Of a stretch of 64,000 nt of DNA, positions 31,671 to 40,835 are shown one piece after another; within the stretch, counting starts at the first letter, position 1, and each line of letters opens with the position of its first letter. The notes below the pieces were generated by a model that was not told where the DNA came from, ran no database searches, and worked only from the letters and a program-made list of their open reading frames with translations. Where the stretch lies: NCBI GenBank assembly GCA_963664015.2, contig CAXXLF010000001.1, positions 640,001 to 704,000 on the forward strand, read 5' to 3'. The stretch is from Candidatus Binatia bacterium. Its GTDB lineage: Bacteria; Desulfobacterota; Binatia; UBA9968; CAXXLF01. Made by a program: the position numbers and the translations under genes.

Positions 31671-33134
31671 ATGAATCCTTACGCCCTCACCATTCACGAA
31701 CTGCAGGAGAAGCTTAAGAAGAAAGAGATCTCCTCGGTTGAATTGACCAAATCCATCCTCGATCGAATCGACGACGTCGACGAGAAGGTTCGCTCCTATA
31801 TCACCGTTTGCAAGGACAGCGCCCTGGCCGAGGCAAAAAAAGCGGACGCACAATTACGTCGCAAGGGTTCTCACTCTCCACTGTTGGGCATCCCTATCGC
31901 CTTGAAAGACATCTTCCTGACTCAAGGGATCCTCACCACCTGCGCGTCGAAAATCCTTAGCAACTTTGTACCGCCATATGACGGCACCGTCGTCAGAAAA
32001 CTCAAAGAGGCTGGGGCCGTCATTGTGGGTAAGACCAATATGGATGAGTTCGCCATGGGCTCCTCCAACGAAAATTCCACCTTTGGGATCACCCGCAATC
32101 CCTGGGAACTGGACTACGTCCCCGGTGGTTCTTCCGGCGGGTCGGCAGCGGCCGTGGCCGCCGACGAGTGCATCGCATCCCTGGGGACCGATACCGGTGG
32201 ATCCATTCGCCAACCCGCCGCCTGCTGCGGCATCGTCGGACTCAAACCCACCTACGGACGTATCAGCCGCTACGGCATTATTGCCTATGCCTCGTCTCTG
32301 GATCAGGTGGGGCCCATGACCAAAGATGTCACCGACTGTGCCCTGATGTTGGAGACAGTTGCCGGCTTTGATCCGGCGGATTCCACCTCGCTGAACGCCC
32401 CTGTCCCTTCCTTTGGCTCGGAGCTTAAAAAAAAGGTGAAGGGCCTGCGTGTGGGAATCCCGAAGGAATACTTCATCCCCGGAACCCAGCCGGAGGTGGA
32501 AAATGCCATTCGGGAAGGAATCCAGGTCCTTAAAAAGAGCGACGTTGAGATCCAAGAGATCTCCCTTCCCCATACGGAATATGCCACGGCTGTTTACTAT
32601 ATTATCGCCACGGCCGAGGCGAGTTCGAACCTGGCGCGCTACGATGGAATGAAGTACGGATTGCGCGCCGAGGCCAAGAACCTGACCCAAACCTATATGG
32701 AAAGCCGGGAGGCCGGTTTTGGGGCAGAGGTGAAGAGACGCATCATGCTGGGAACCTACGTCCTGTGCTCGGGTTACTACGACGCCTACTACCTCAAGGC
32801 ACAGAAAGTCAGAAACTTGATCATGGGTGACTTTACCGAGGCGTTTAAGAATTGTGACGTGATCGTGACTCCAACGGCGCCAACCACGGCCTTCAAGATC
32901 GGCGAGAAGATCGAGGACCCTCTCCAGATGTATCTCTCGGACATCTTTACCATTCCGACGAACCTGGCGGGCCTTCCCGGTCTCTCCATTCCCTGTGGTT
33001 TTGACTCCAAAGGACTACCCATTGGACTCCAGATCATCGGTAAACCCCTGGACGAGGCCACAATCCTCCGTGTCGCCTACGCCTTTGAGCAGGCCACGGA
33101 CTGGCACACAAAGAAACCCACCTTAAGAACCTAA
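31671..33134 (+). CDS. gatA: Asp/Glu-tRNA amidotransferase subunit A
   Basis: [40 protein letters not shown]. Confidence 0.97.
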   Translation: MNPYALTIHELQEKLKKKEISSVELTKSILDRIDDVDEKVRSYITVCKDSALAEAKKADAQLRRKGSHSPLLGIPIALKDIFLTQGILTTCASKILSNFVPPYDGTVVRKLKEAGAVIVGKTNMDEFAMGSSNENSTFGITRNPWELDYVPGGSSGGSAAAVAADECIASLGTDTGGSIRQPAACCGIVGLKPTYGRISRYGIIAYASSLDQVGPMTKDVTDCALMLETVAGFDPADSTSLNAPVPSFGSELKKKVKGLRVGIPKEYFIPGTQPEVENAIREGIQVLKKSDVEIQEISLPHTEYATAVYYIIATAEASSNLARYDGMKYGLRAEAKNLTQTYMESREAGFGAEVKRRIMLGTYVLCSGYYDAYYLKAQKVRNLIMGDFTEAFKNCDVIVTPTAPTTAFKIGEKIEDPLQMYLSDIFTIPTNLAGLPGLSIPCGFDSKGLPIGLQIIGKPLDEATILRVAYAFEQATDWHTKKPTLRT

Positions 33135-33402
33135 CCCGTTTGTTTCTGACTTTTTCGATAACCCGCAATGATCAGGCACCAGAGACTTCTCTAATTAATG
33201 AGTGGAAAACGGCTCCAACTCAGAACAACAGCGAACTAACGGGAGCACAGTTAGCCCTAAGCCTTTTATTTAGTTAGAGAATCGCTTCAGGAACAGTTGA
33301 CACAAGATCAGATCTAGCCTAAAAGAAACCTTGGCCTTTTTGGGCCAGACCATCCAATTGGGTGGGAAGCACGACCGACGAAGGATCAAAAGGAGATCAT
33401 AT

Positions 33403-34500
33403 ATGATGAGTTACTTACGATTACTCCCTGCGTTTCTATTGGCAGTCTTAGTTTCCGTAATGGGACCCAGCATCGCCTCCGGGTTGGACGCCGAGTCCCA
33501 TTTCAAGGGGAAGACCATCCGATTCGTTACCGGTTCCCGGCCCGGCGGAGGCACGGATATCCTGCTCCGCTATTTTGCAGGAAACTGGGGAAAGTTCTTT
33601 CCGGGGAACCCCCGCTTCGTTGTCACCAACCTCCCCCCCCACGTACACGGGCTGAACTACGTATGGCGATCCAAGCCAAACGGGATGACCGTGTTCATGC
33701 ACTCCACAGCTGTCCTGAGGGAACAGGTTCTAAGCCAGGCTGAATTCAAGACCAGCCAGTTCAAGTTCATCGGAGACATCGGAGACCGAAGCTTTGTGAT
33801 GACCGGCTACAATTTGCCCATCAACAACATCAAAGAAGCCATGGGCAAAAAGGGGCCAAAACTCAAATACCTGGACGTCATCCCCAGCCCTGACGACATG
33901 GCCACTCAGGCGTTTCAGTTAATGCTGCTTGCCGATTGGCTGGACCTCCCCATGGAGTTTGGCGTCATCGCAGAGCGAGGCACCTCCGTTACGTTGCTCG
34001 AGATGGAGCGGGGAAATATGAACGTGATGGTCGGCGGTTCCGGGCGGTGGTTCGGCTTTCCCAAACTTCGACCCGGCTGGATCGCGAAAGGTAGGCTGAA
34101 GCCATTATTGGACATGACCTTCCTCGGCCAGAGAATGGGAGCCAATGCAGAATTTAAAGACGTCGACAAGGTGCCTCATGTCTACAGTCTGCTCAACAAG
34201 AAGCAGAAGGAGATTTGGGCGGCAATGATCGAGGCCACCCAGGCCATGAACAAGCCCGTGGTGCTATCGCCTAAGACACCGGACAATATCGTCAACGTAT
34301 ATCGTTCAGCCCTTGAGAAAGCGATGGCGGACGACAAGTTCCGCACAGGGATAGAAAAGGTCTCTGGTATTCCCGCCGTTTGGGTAAAAGGACCTCAGGC
34401 CCATAAGGAAGCCCAGGAAGCTGAACGGCTCTGGACCGCATACCGGAAACCAGAAGCAAAACTGCGTCGCGACATGTACAACAAATACATTCGCAAGTAG
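33403..34500 (+). CDS. Tripartite tricarboxylate transporter substrate-binding protein (TctC/Bug-like, divergent)
   Basis: HFKGKTIRFVTG..PGGGTD; AGGAG RBS; upstream of tctA. Confidence 0.75.
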   Translation: MMSYLRLLPAFLLAVLVSVMGPSIASGLDAESHFKGKTIRFVTGSRPGGGTDILLRYFAGNWGKFFPGNPRFVVTNLPPHVHGLNYVWRSKPNGMTVFMHSTAVLREQVLSQAEFKTSQFKFIGDIGDRSFVMTGYNLPINNIKEAMGKKGPKLKYLDVIPSPDDMATQAFQLMLLADWLDLPMEFGVIAERGTSVTLLEMERGNMNVMVGGSGRWFGFPKLRPGWIAKGRLKPLLDMTFLGQRMGANAEFKDVDKVPHVYSLLNKKQKEIWAAMIEATQAMNKPVVLSPKTPDNIVNVYRSALEKAMADDKFRTGIEKVSGIPAVWVKGPQAHKEAQEAERLWTAYRKPEAKLRRDMYNKYIRK

Positions 34501-34583
34501 GTCACTTCCACCGCCACGACCGGTCGATCCCACCATAGAAACTGGGATGGACCGGCCCCTCGGCGGCGCGAGGGTTTCACCTA

Positions 34584-36620
34584 ATGGAAGCCATCCTCCA
34601 AGCCTCAGCTTATCTCGGCACCCTTATCTACTGGGAGGCGTTGTTCGCGGGCGTCTTCCTCTCCATCGCCATCGGTCTCGTGCCAGGGGTGGGCTCCCTC
34701 CTGGTCATGTCCATCCTCCTGCCCTTCATCGTTTTTAATATTCAGGACCCGGCCGTCGCTCTGGTCATGCTGGCGGCTATCGCTGGGACCAACAACACCC
34801 TGGATTCGATACCGGCCGTGGTAGTCGGTGTCCCGAGCGGCGCCACGCAGGTAACCTTCCTCGAAGGACACCAACTCGCCAGACAGGGTAAGGCCGCCCA
34901 TACCCTGGGCGCAATTTACGCCGTTTCTGCAATCGGTGGGGTCGTGGGCGCGGTCTGCCTGGCCATAATCATCCCGATCATCAAACCCTTTATTTTGAGC
35001 ATCGACCGCAGTGAGATCGCGGTCATCGCCATGTTCGGCGTGGCCATGGTCGCGGTCCTGAGTCGCGGCGCCATGATCAAGGGAATCGCCGCCGGCCTCC
35101 TTGGCGTCCTGATTGCAACCGCCGGCGTCGACCCGTTTACCGGTGCGAGACGGTTTACATTTGGCCAGATTGAGCTCTGGGAGGGGCTTCCATTGGTTGC
35201 AGTGGTCACGGGGATCTTCGCCATCCCCGAACTGATCGACCTCACCATGACCCGTAGCCCAGTAGCTCCCGCAGGAGCGATCATATCGCGGTCGGAAATG
35301 TTCCGCGGTGCCCTTTACGGGTTGAAGCACTGGAAGGAGACCATCCGGCAATCGGTGCTCGGTGTTTTTCTGGGGGCCATTCCGGGCGTCGGCAGCGGTG
35401 TCATCGATTGGCTGAGCTATGCGTTTGGCATTCTCTGCCGCAAGGACCGCAGTGAGTTTGGTAAAGGTTCCTTGGACGGCGTCCTGTTCGCCGAGGCGGC
35501 GCAGAACTCAAAAGAAGGAGGGCAGGCCCTGCCTACCCTGGCGCTAGGAATACCCGGGGGGACGGGTTGGGTCATGGTCCTCGCCGCTATGTTGATGTAC
35601 GGGATAAGCCCCGGGCCTCCCATGCTTGGGCAGCACGCTCACCTCACCATGATCATTGTACTCACGCTGGCCATTGGCAACCTTCTGGTTACGGCAATCG
35701 GCCTGTTCGCTTCGGCACCACTGATTCGGCTCACGGCCCTTCCCTATCCCGCGATTTCAGCCGTCGTCATCCCTCTCGTCATCCTGGCAGCCTTTTTAGA
35801 TATGCGGAGCTGGTTTGCTATTCCGATCCTCGTCATTTTTTCCATCGTCGGCCTTCTCATGAAGCACTTCGGGTGGCCCAGGCCGCCGCTCATTCTGGGA
35901 TTCATCCTGGGTCCAATCATCGATATAAACATGCAAACGGCCCTTTCCATATACGGAGTGGTAGGGGTAATAACGCGGCCTTTAACCATAGCCCTACTCG
36001 TACTACTCGTGATAACCGTAGTCTTCTTTACACGCTTCATGGCGCAAGCGGAGAAGAGCAGCACGTCTGCAGAAGACACGAATCAGGCCAAGCCTTCGAC
36101 CGATACGGCAACGCCGCAGGTGACGGTCCGGCGATTCACCTGGCATGCGGCCAACGTCGTTCCACTTCTACTCATTGGCGGGATGATCGTCAGCGCCTGG
36201 GTGTCTCTCGAATACCCAGTCAAAGCTCGCGCACTTCCCCTCACTCTCAGTGTGGGTATCATCGCTCTCGCGGTGATAGAACTACTCAGACAGTGGTTCG
36301 CCGTCCAGACCAACTCAGGCCAGATCATGGATCTTGGGATGCGAAGCACTGGCATGGAGGGTGCGACCCGGGCGGCCCTTTTGCTGGGCGAACTCGGGAT
36401 CTTTTTCCTATTTCTGGCAACGACCATCCGCCTGGACAATGCGGCGATCGCCTTCGCCGTCCTGCTACCCCTGCTGTTACTTGAGGGACGCCGTCGGTGG
36501 TATACTGCTATGATTACGGGTAGTATCTTGGCAGCATGGACCTACGGATTCATGGACTACTTCATGGCAGTCATCTGGCCGGAGCCTGTCCTCAGCCTAT
36601 GGTTGCTCGGTCGCCTCTGA
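34584..36620 (+). CDS. tctA: TctA permease fused to a TctB-like C-terminal domain
   Basis: GLVPG, EAAQNSKEGG..PTLALGIPG, PLILGFILG; ~170 aa extra TM region. Confidence 0.88.
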   Translation: MEAILQASAYLGTLIYWEALFAGVFLSIAIGLVPGVGSLLVMSILLPFIVFNIQDPAVALVMLAAIAGTNNTLDSIPAVVVGVPSGATQVTFLEGHQLARQGKAAHTLGAIYAVSAIGGVVGAVCLAIIIPIIKPFILSIDRSEIAVIAMFGVAMVAVLSRGAMIKGIAAGLLGVLIATAGVDPFTGARRFTFGQIELWEGLPLVAVVTGIFAIPELIDLTMTRSPVAPAGAIISRSEMFRGALYGLKHWKETIRQSVLGVFLGAIPGVGSGVIDWLSYAFGILCRKDRSEFGKGSLDGVLFAEAAQNSKEGGQALPTLALGIPGGTGWVMVLAAMLMYGISPGPPMLGQHAHLTMIIVLTLAIGNLLVTAIGLFASAPLIRLTALPYPAISAVVIPLVILAAFLDMRSWFAIPILVIFSIVGLLMKHFGWPRPPLILGFILGPIIDINMQTALSIYGVVGVITRPLTIALLVLLVITVVFFTRFMAQAEKSSTSAEDTNQAKPSTDTATPQVTVRRFTWHAANVVPLLLIGGMIVSAWVSLEYPVKARALPLTLSVGIIALAVIELLRQWFAVQTNSGQIMDLGMRSTGMEGATRAALLLGELGIFFLFLATTIRLDNAAIAFAVLLPLLLLEGRRRWYTAMITGSILAAWTYGFMDYFMAVIWPEPVLSLWLLGRL

Positions 36621-36811
36621 AACACCTCCCCCCTTTCCCTTTAAGGTTCCACAAGCTGGGGTATCTTTTGAGCCGTAAACCCATTGTGATCTTGAGACAT
36701 CCCCAGGGGTCCTGACTTTTCCGGAATCGGCGCTCTCCACAATCACCTAACTAACCATCAAAGATATAGACATTGCGCTGTCAGCCGCTTCCTGATATTT
36801 TCCTAAGAAAT

Positions 36812-37585
36812 ATGCTTAAAACGAGTCTTAGCCTACTCTTCATAGGGATCCTTGTCCTCCTCGGCTCCGATGTCGGCGTAACCCAATCTAGGGACGAGTT
36901 GGAGGTGATCAAGAGGGAGGTCGAGGCACTCAAGAAAAACCAAGCAGCACTTCAAAAGGATCTAGACGCCATGAAAAATGCGGTGAGTCGGCGACGGCCT
37001 CCGAACACCTTTAAGCAGATGGTTCTCAACGTCGACGATGACCCGTTCAAAGGGGAAAAAAACGCGCCGCTCACCGTGGTTGATTTCTCCGACTACCAGT
37101 GACTCTACTGCGCCGGCCACGTCAGTGTGACGTTGCCCCAGATCAAACGAGATTACATCGACACGGGAAAGCTCAGATACGTCTTTCGTGACCTGCCCCT
37201 GGAGTCCATCCACAAGCAGGCCTTCAAGGCCCACGAGGCGGCCAATTGCGCCGGTGATCAGGGCCAGTATTGGGAAATGCACGATCAGCTCTTCGCTCAA
37301 CAACGCAAGCTTCGGCCCGCGGATCTCACTGTACAGGCCGAGACCTTGAGGTTGGAGATGAAGACCTTCCAACAGTGCCTGAACAGCAACAAATATGTGA
37401 CGGAAATCCAAAAGGACATCCAGGAGGCAGTCAAGGCGGGGATCCGGGGAACACCGACATTTTTGTTCGGATTTTCCGAGAGTAACCCATCCACAGTAAG
37501 GGCGGTGGAAATTCTCCGTGGTGCCCAGCCCTATGATCGCTTCAAGCAGGTAATCGAGAAACTACTCGCGTCCAAGAAACAATAG
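36812..37585 (+). CDS. DsbA/DsbG-family selenoprotein (UxxC); in-frame TGA at 37100-37102
   Basis: FSDYQ-U-LYC; both ORF halves are in frame and form one thioredoxin-fold protein (RDLPL, GTPTF, GAQP); SECIS-like hairpin. Confidence 0.88.
37115..37137 (+). promoter_or_regulatory. Putative bacterial SECIS element
   Basis: GGC.ACGTCA-GTG-TGACGT.GCC; G-initial loop starts 23 nt after UGA. Confidence 0.65.
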
Positions 37586-37590
37586 CGGCC

Positions 37591-39036
37591 ATGACCTACG
37601 AACCCATGATTGGGCTGGAAGTCCACGCCCAACTTCTTACCGAATCAAAGATATTCTGCGGCTGCACCACTCGCTTCGGAGAGAAACCCAATCAGAATAC
37701 CTGCCCGGTCTGCATGGGCTTTCCCGGCGTACTGCCGGTGCTTAACAAGAAGGTAGTGGAATTCACCATCCGCGCAGGACTCGCCACCCATTGCGAGATT
37801 GCCCACACCAGTCGCTGGGCCAGAAAAAACTATTTTTACCCGGACCTACCCAAGGGCTACCAGATCAGCCAGTATGAACTTCCCCTTTGCACCAATGGAT
37901 ACATCGACATCGGAACGAACGGCGATGGGAAAAGGGTCCGACTAACACGTATTCACATGGAAGAGGATGCGGGGAAGAATATTCACGATCAGCGGAGCGA
38001 CCACAGCCTGGTTGACCTCAACCGGGCCGGCGTACCCCTCATGGAAATCGTTAGCGAACCGGACATCACCAGCGCCGAGGAGGCGGGGCGCTACCTCAGG
38101 AGCCTGAGAGCGATCCTGCAATACCTCGAGGTATGTGACGGGAATATGGAGGAGGGAAGCTTCCGATGCGATGCCAACGTCTCCATTCGACCTAACGGGA
38201 CGAAGGAGTGGGGAACCAGGGCCGAAGTGAAGAATATGAACTCCTTCAAGGCCGTAGAAAAGGCCCTCGACTATGAAATCGCCCGGCAAGAGCAACTGCT
38301 CTCCGAAGGCGGACGCGTCGTGCAAGAAACCCGACTCTGGGACGCCGACCACGAGGTAACCCGTTCCATGCGCTCCAAAGAGCACGCCCACGATTATCGT
38401 TACTTCCCCGATCCGGACCTGCTCCCGTTGGTCGTTGACAACGCGTGGATCCAGGAGATTCGGGACCACACACCGGAGCTTCCGGAAACGCGAAAGAAGC
38501 GTTTTATAGCAGACTATGAACTCCCGACTTATGACGCGGAGCTTCTGACCAGCCGCAAAGATATAGCCAACTATTTCGAGGCCGCCGTCAAAGCCCACGG
38601 GAACCCCAAGGCCATCAGTAACTGGGTCATGGGAGACCTATTCCGCGTCATCAAGGAAAGGAAACTGGACGAAAGCCTTTGTATCACCGATTGGCCGGTG
38701 CAGCCGGAGCATATCGCCGAGATGGTTCGGCTGATCGATCAGGGCAAGATCAGCGGCAAGATCGCCAAGACTCTGTTTCAGGAAATGCTCGATAAAGAGG
38801 TGTCTCCCGAGCAGCTAGTCAAAGAAAAAGGCCTGGAGCAGGATTCGGATTCGAGCAATATTGAGAAAGAGATCGAGAGCGTACTGGCTGCGCACGCGCA
38901 ACAGGTTACCGATTACCGGTCAGGAAAAGACAAGGTCTTCGGATTTTTCGTGGGCCAGGTGATGAAAGCAACCAAGGGCAAGGCCAATCCCCAATTGGTC
39001 AACGAGATCTTGCGGAGAAAACTCGAGGTTCGATGA
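37591..39036 (+). CDS. gatB: Asp/Glu-tRNA amidotransferase subunit B
   Basis: [44 protein letters not shown]. Confidence 0.98.
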   Translation: MTYEPMIGLEVHAQLLTESKIFCGCTTRFGEKPNQNTCPVCMGFPGVLPVLNKKVVEFTIRAGLATHCEIAHTSRWARKNYFYPDLPKGYQISQYELPLCTNGYIDIGTNGDGKRVRLTRIHMEEDAGKNIHDQRSDHSLVDLNRAGVPLMEIVSEPDITSAEEAGRYLRSLRAILQYLEVCDGNMEEGSFRCDANVSIRPNGTKEWGTRAEVKNMNSFKAVEKALDYEIARQEQLLSEGGRVVQETRLWDADHEVTRSMRSKEHAHDYRYFPDPDLLPLVVDNAWIQEIRDHTPELPETRKKRFIADYELPTYDAELLTSRKDIANYFEAAVKAHGNPKAISNWVMGDLFRVIKERKLDESLCITDWPVQPEHIAEMVRLIDQGKISGKIAKTLFQEMLDKEVSPEQLVKEKGLEQDSDSSNIEKEIESVLAAHAQQVTDYRSGKDKVFGFFVGQVMKATKGKANPQLVNEILRRKLEVR

Positions 39037-39046
39037 TTGAGGATGG

Positions 39047-39439
39047 ATGATGGCAATTTTACAGACCTTTCGAGATCTCGAGATATATCAGCTTACTCGC
39101 GAACAGGTGAAGACAATTTTTGCAGTAACTCAGTCGTTCCCAAACGAAGAAAAGCACCTCCTGACGGATCAAATTCGTCGCTCATCTCGCGCGGTCAATG
39201 CAATGATTGCGGAGGCATGGGCAAGGAGAAGGTATCAAAAAGCATTTATAAACAAGATCGACGAGGCATTGGGTGAGGCAATCGAAACTCAGGCTTGGTT
39301 AGATCATGCGTTGGACTGCAGGTACATCGAAACCAGGCAGCACGACGAATTGAATGAGGCATGGCAGCATATTGGCGCAATGCTTAACAGAATGATTCAG
39401 CGCGCAAAAGATTTTTGCAAATCTGCAGCCAGACAGTAA
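39047..39439 (+). CDS. Four helix bundle protein (23S rRNA IVS/bAvd-like family)
   Basis: FRDLEIYQ, FP.EE...LTDQIRRSSRAV.A.IAEAW. Confidence 0.9.
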   Translation: MMAILQTFRDLEIYQLTREQVKTIFAVTQSFPNEEKHLLTDQIRRSSRAVNAMIAEAWARRRYQKAFINKIDEALGEAIETQAWLDHALDCRYIETRQHDELNEAWQHIGAMLNRMIQRAKDFCKSAARQ

Positions 39440-39453
39440 TTGAACTCCGGCAT

Positions 39454-39488
39454 TCGATCTTCTATCTTCCATTTTCGATATTCAATCT
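39454..39488. repeat. Degenerate heptamer tandem repeat (5 x TCNATNT)
   Basis: tcgatct tctatct tccattt tcgatat tcaatct; inverted counterpart at 39032-39052. Confidence 0.75.
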
Positions 39489-39489
39489 G

Positions 39490-40674
39490 CTACGTATGAT
39501 ACGCCGAGTTAATGCGAACGTAGTCGAAGGTCAGGTCGGAGGTCCATACGGAGGCTGATTGTTTTCCCAGCCCCAGGTCTATCCGTACCTGGAAAGCTCG
39601 GCGGCGCATGACACGGGCCGCCTGACCCTGACCTTTGCCCAGAGCAACTCCTTTGCTTACCACCTTTACCCCACCCAACGAGACGGCGACCCTGTCTGGA
39701 TCGACCGCAACCCCCGCGTAACCGATGGCGGCCATAATACGGCCAAAGTTGGGATCCTCACCAAAGAAAGCGGTCTTGACTAGGTTCGAATTCGCCACCG
39801 CAAATGCCACTCTCTTGGCATCGGCGACCGAACGGGCACGTTGAACTAGGATCTCGACAACCTTGGTTCCCCCTTCAGCATCTTCCACCAGCTTAACGGC
39901 CAGCTTCTTCATGACCTTGAGGACGGTTTGTTCCAGGCTCCGTTCATCGGTACTATTTCGCTGAACCGTTCGATTACCCGCATGACCGTTGGCAAGGAAT
40001 AAAATCGTATCATTGGTGCTCATATCGCCGTCAACGGTAACCGAGTGAAAAGTTTTATCGGCGGATCGGGCCAATATGCCTCTGAGGGAAGAGGTCGATA
40101 CGGCCGCGTTGGTGACAACGTAGGCCAACATGGTTGCCATGTGAGGCGCAATCATTCCCGCCCCTTTTGCCATCCCTGCGACCATGACTTGCTTTCCTCC
40201 CACCCGGCAAACCTCCATGGCAGTCTTGGAGAAACGGTCGGTGGTCAGGATCGCTTCCGCTGCCAGGGCGAAGGATTGAGGAGACAGAAGGCCAGCGGCA
40301 CTCTCGATTCCCCTGAGCACGTTGTCCATGGGCAGCGGTTGCCCGATAACACCCGTCGAGGAAGGGAGAATTTTTTTTGGATCGACTCCCAAACAAGAGC
40401 CCAGCTTGAGGCACATGGCCTCCGCATCCCGCATCCCTCGACGGCCCGTGCACGCGTTAGCGTTGCCGCTGTTGACAACTACTGCCTGGATCTTTCCAGT
40501 CAGGATATTTTTCATACCTACGAGAACGGGAGCTGCCTTGACTCGGTTGGTAGTAAAAAGTGCGGCCGCGGTTGCCGGACGGTCTGAAACGATAAGGGCG
40601 AGGTCTTTTTTCCGGCTTTTCTTAACACCACAGGCTATGCCGGCAAAGCTAAATCCAGAAACCTTGATAATCAT
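39490..40674 (-). CDS. argJ: Bifunctional ornithine acetyltransferase/N-acetylglutamate synthase
   Basis: NSGNANACTG, STGVIG, KGAGMIAPHMATML, DGDMSTND. Confidence 0.97.
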   Translation of the reverse strand: MIIKVSGFSFAGIACGVKKSRKKDLALIVSDRPATAAALFTTNRVKAAPVLVGMKNILTGKIQAVVVNSGNANACTGRRGMRDAEAMCLKLGSCLGVDPKKILPSSTGVIGQPLPMDNVLRGIESAAGLLSPQSFALAAEAILTTDRFSKTAMEVCRVGGKQVMVAGMAKGAGMIAPHMATMLAYVVTNAAVSTSSLRGILARSADKTFHSVTVDGDMSTNDTILFLANGHAGNRTVQRNSTDERSLEQTVLKVMKKLAVKLVEDAEGGTKVVEILVQRARSVADAKRVAFAVANSNLVKTAFFGEDPNFGRIMAAIGYAGVAVDPDRVAVSLGGVKVVSKGVALGKGQGQAARVMRRRAFQVRIDLGLGKQSASVWTSDLTFDYVRINSAYHT

Positions 40675-40835
40675 CGTTAATAGTTAATCGTCCATTCGCT
40701 TATTCGTCTACTCGTTCATACGTTGATTCGAACATCCATTTCTCGTTTAATTGCTTTCGCTTCGACTCCGATTCATCAATAATCGACAACGAGTAACGAT
40801 TAATTGTTACGAATAACCAATAACGATTAACGAGT
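40673..40835. repeat. Inverted degenerate heptamer tracts (ATCGTTA / TAACGAT)
   Basis: atcgtta atagtta atcgtcc... on the left; aacgagt aacgatt...aaccaat aacgatt aacgagt on the right. Confidence 0.65.
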
